64,000 bases of DNA from the NCBI GenBank assembly GCA_024704765.1, contig JAKMXF010000343.1, forward strand, positions 845,151-909,150, given 5' to 3'. The position numbers and the translations under genes are program-made. This DNA comes from Oopsacas minuta (Eukaryota > Animalia > Porifera). Below, in pieces: positions 63,356-64,000 of this stretch (positions within the stretch are counted from its first letter, which is position 1; each line of letters opens with the position of its first letter). Under the pieces are notes generated by a model, which saw only the letters and a list, made by a program, of their open reading frames with translations, was not told where the DNA came from and ran no database searches.

Positions 63356-64000
63356 GAGAGAGGAGATTTGACAGATTGGCATGGAGAGAGAGGGAAAGAG
63401 AAAGCAAGGGTTCATACGAAGGGAATAGAGATAGTGAAGCGTACGAATGAGCATCTGCATGTACCTGATGTGCAGGCTACGGCCTGCTGTGAGATAAAGG
63501 CCAGCATCAAGAGGAAAGCACGAGACACACAGGATAACTCACACCACATAATCGGTGAGGGTATGCTAACAGCATCAGAGGGTACTGCCGCTAAACTACC
63601 TAAGCTGGACAGCCTGAAGCGGACGATACAGCGTCAGCGTGCAAGTGTATTATCAGCTCCAGTGCAGCCTACCGCCCTAGCAGAGTTGGTTCTACCTGCA
63701 GAATACCAGCGGACAGCCAAGGGGGAACAGTTCCTACTCTATGACTCTGGGGAAGACGATGCACATAGATTCCTCATCTTCGGGACACAACGCAACCTCG
63801 GGATGCTACAGCAAAGCAAGATCTGGCTAGCTGATGGCACCTTCAAGACGGCGCCTCCCCTCTTCGCCCAGGTGTATGTGGTGCATGGACTCCGAGGAGG
63901 AGACGATCCTATGAAGACTGGTCATCTGTTGCCGAGTCTGTTCGTGCTGCTGCCCAACAAGACAGAGGATACCTACCGTAGGATGTGGGAGCAGATCCGC
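63356..64000 (+). CDS. MULE transposase, partial, open to the window edge
   Basis: Stop-free frame after TAG at 63353-63355: KARVHT..NEHLH (FLYWCH-like tail), SLKRTIQRQR, FLLYDSG, FLIFGT, IWLADGTFKTAPPLFAQVYVVHG, LFVLLPNKTEDTYRRMW. Start codon and 5' exon not identified. Confidence 0.88.

Overview
This is AT-rich eukaryotic DNA, probably from an invertebrate animal (species not determinable from the sequence). It is a dense cluster of class II DNA transposons. I found no confident host gene, rRNA, tRNA, CRISPR array or reverse transcriptase. Recognisable families are pogo/Tigger, maT-type and mariner Tc1/mariner elements, two Tc1 elements (one with an intact 323-aa DD34E transposase), Buster-type hAT (3 copies), Tip100-type hAT, hATm-like (2 copies), Chapaev3 (2 families), Transib/RAG1-like (2 remnants), Merlin/IS1595-like (composite of 2 copies), Harbinger, a Ginger-like fragment, a Mutator (MULE) element running off the right edge, and several MITEs. 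Most boundaries could be fixed by terminal inverted repeats (TIRs) plus target-site duplications (TSDs). The strongest signal is structural: TSD bookkeeping shows element-driven rearrangements. An inverted hAT pair at 7.1-14.0 kb has swapped TSDs, implying inversion of the spacer by hybrid-end transposition or TE-TE recombination. A Merlin composite at 47.7-54.8 kb has an 8-bp TSD inside its own TIR that is split into opposite orientations. A third hAT has perfect TIRs but two unrelated flanks. Also notable are a 256-nt spliceosomal intron in a Buster-type transposase, a three-level MITE>Chapaev3>Tc1 nest, an apparently chimeric Transib transposase, and a GC-rich MULE ORF missed by the ORF track.
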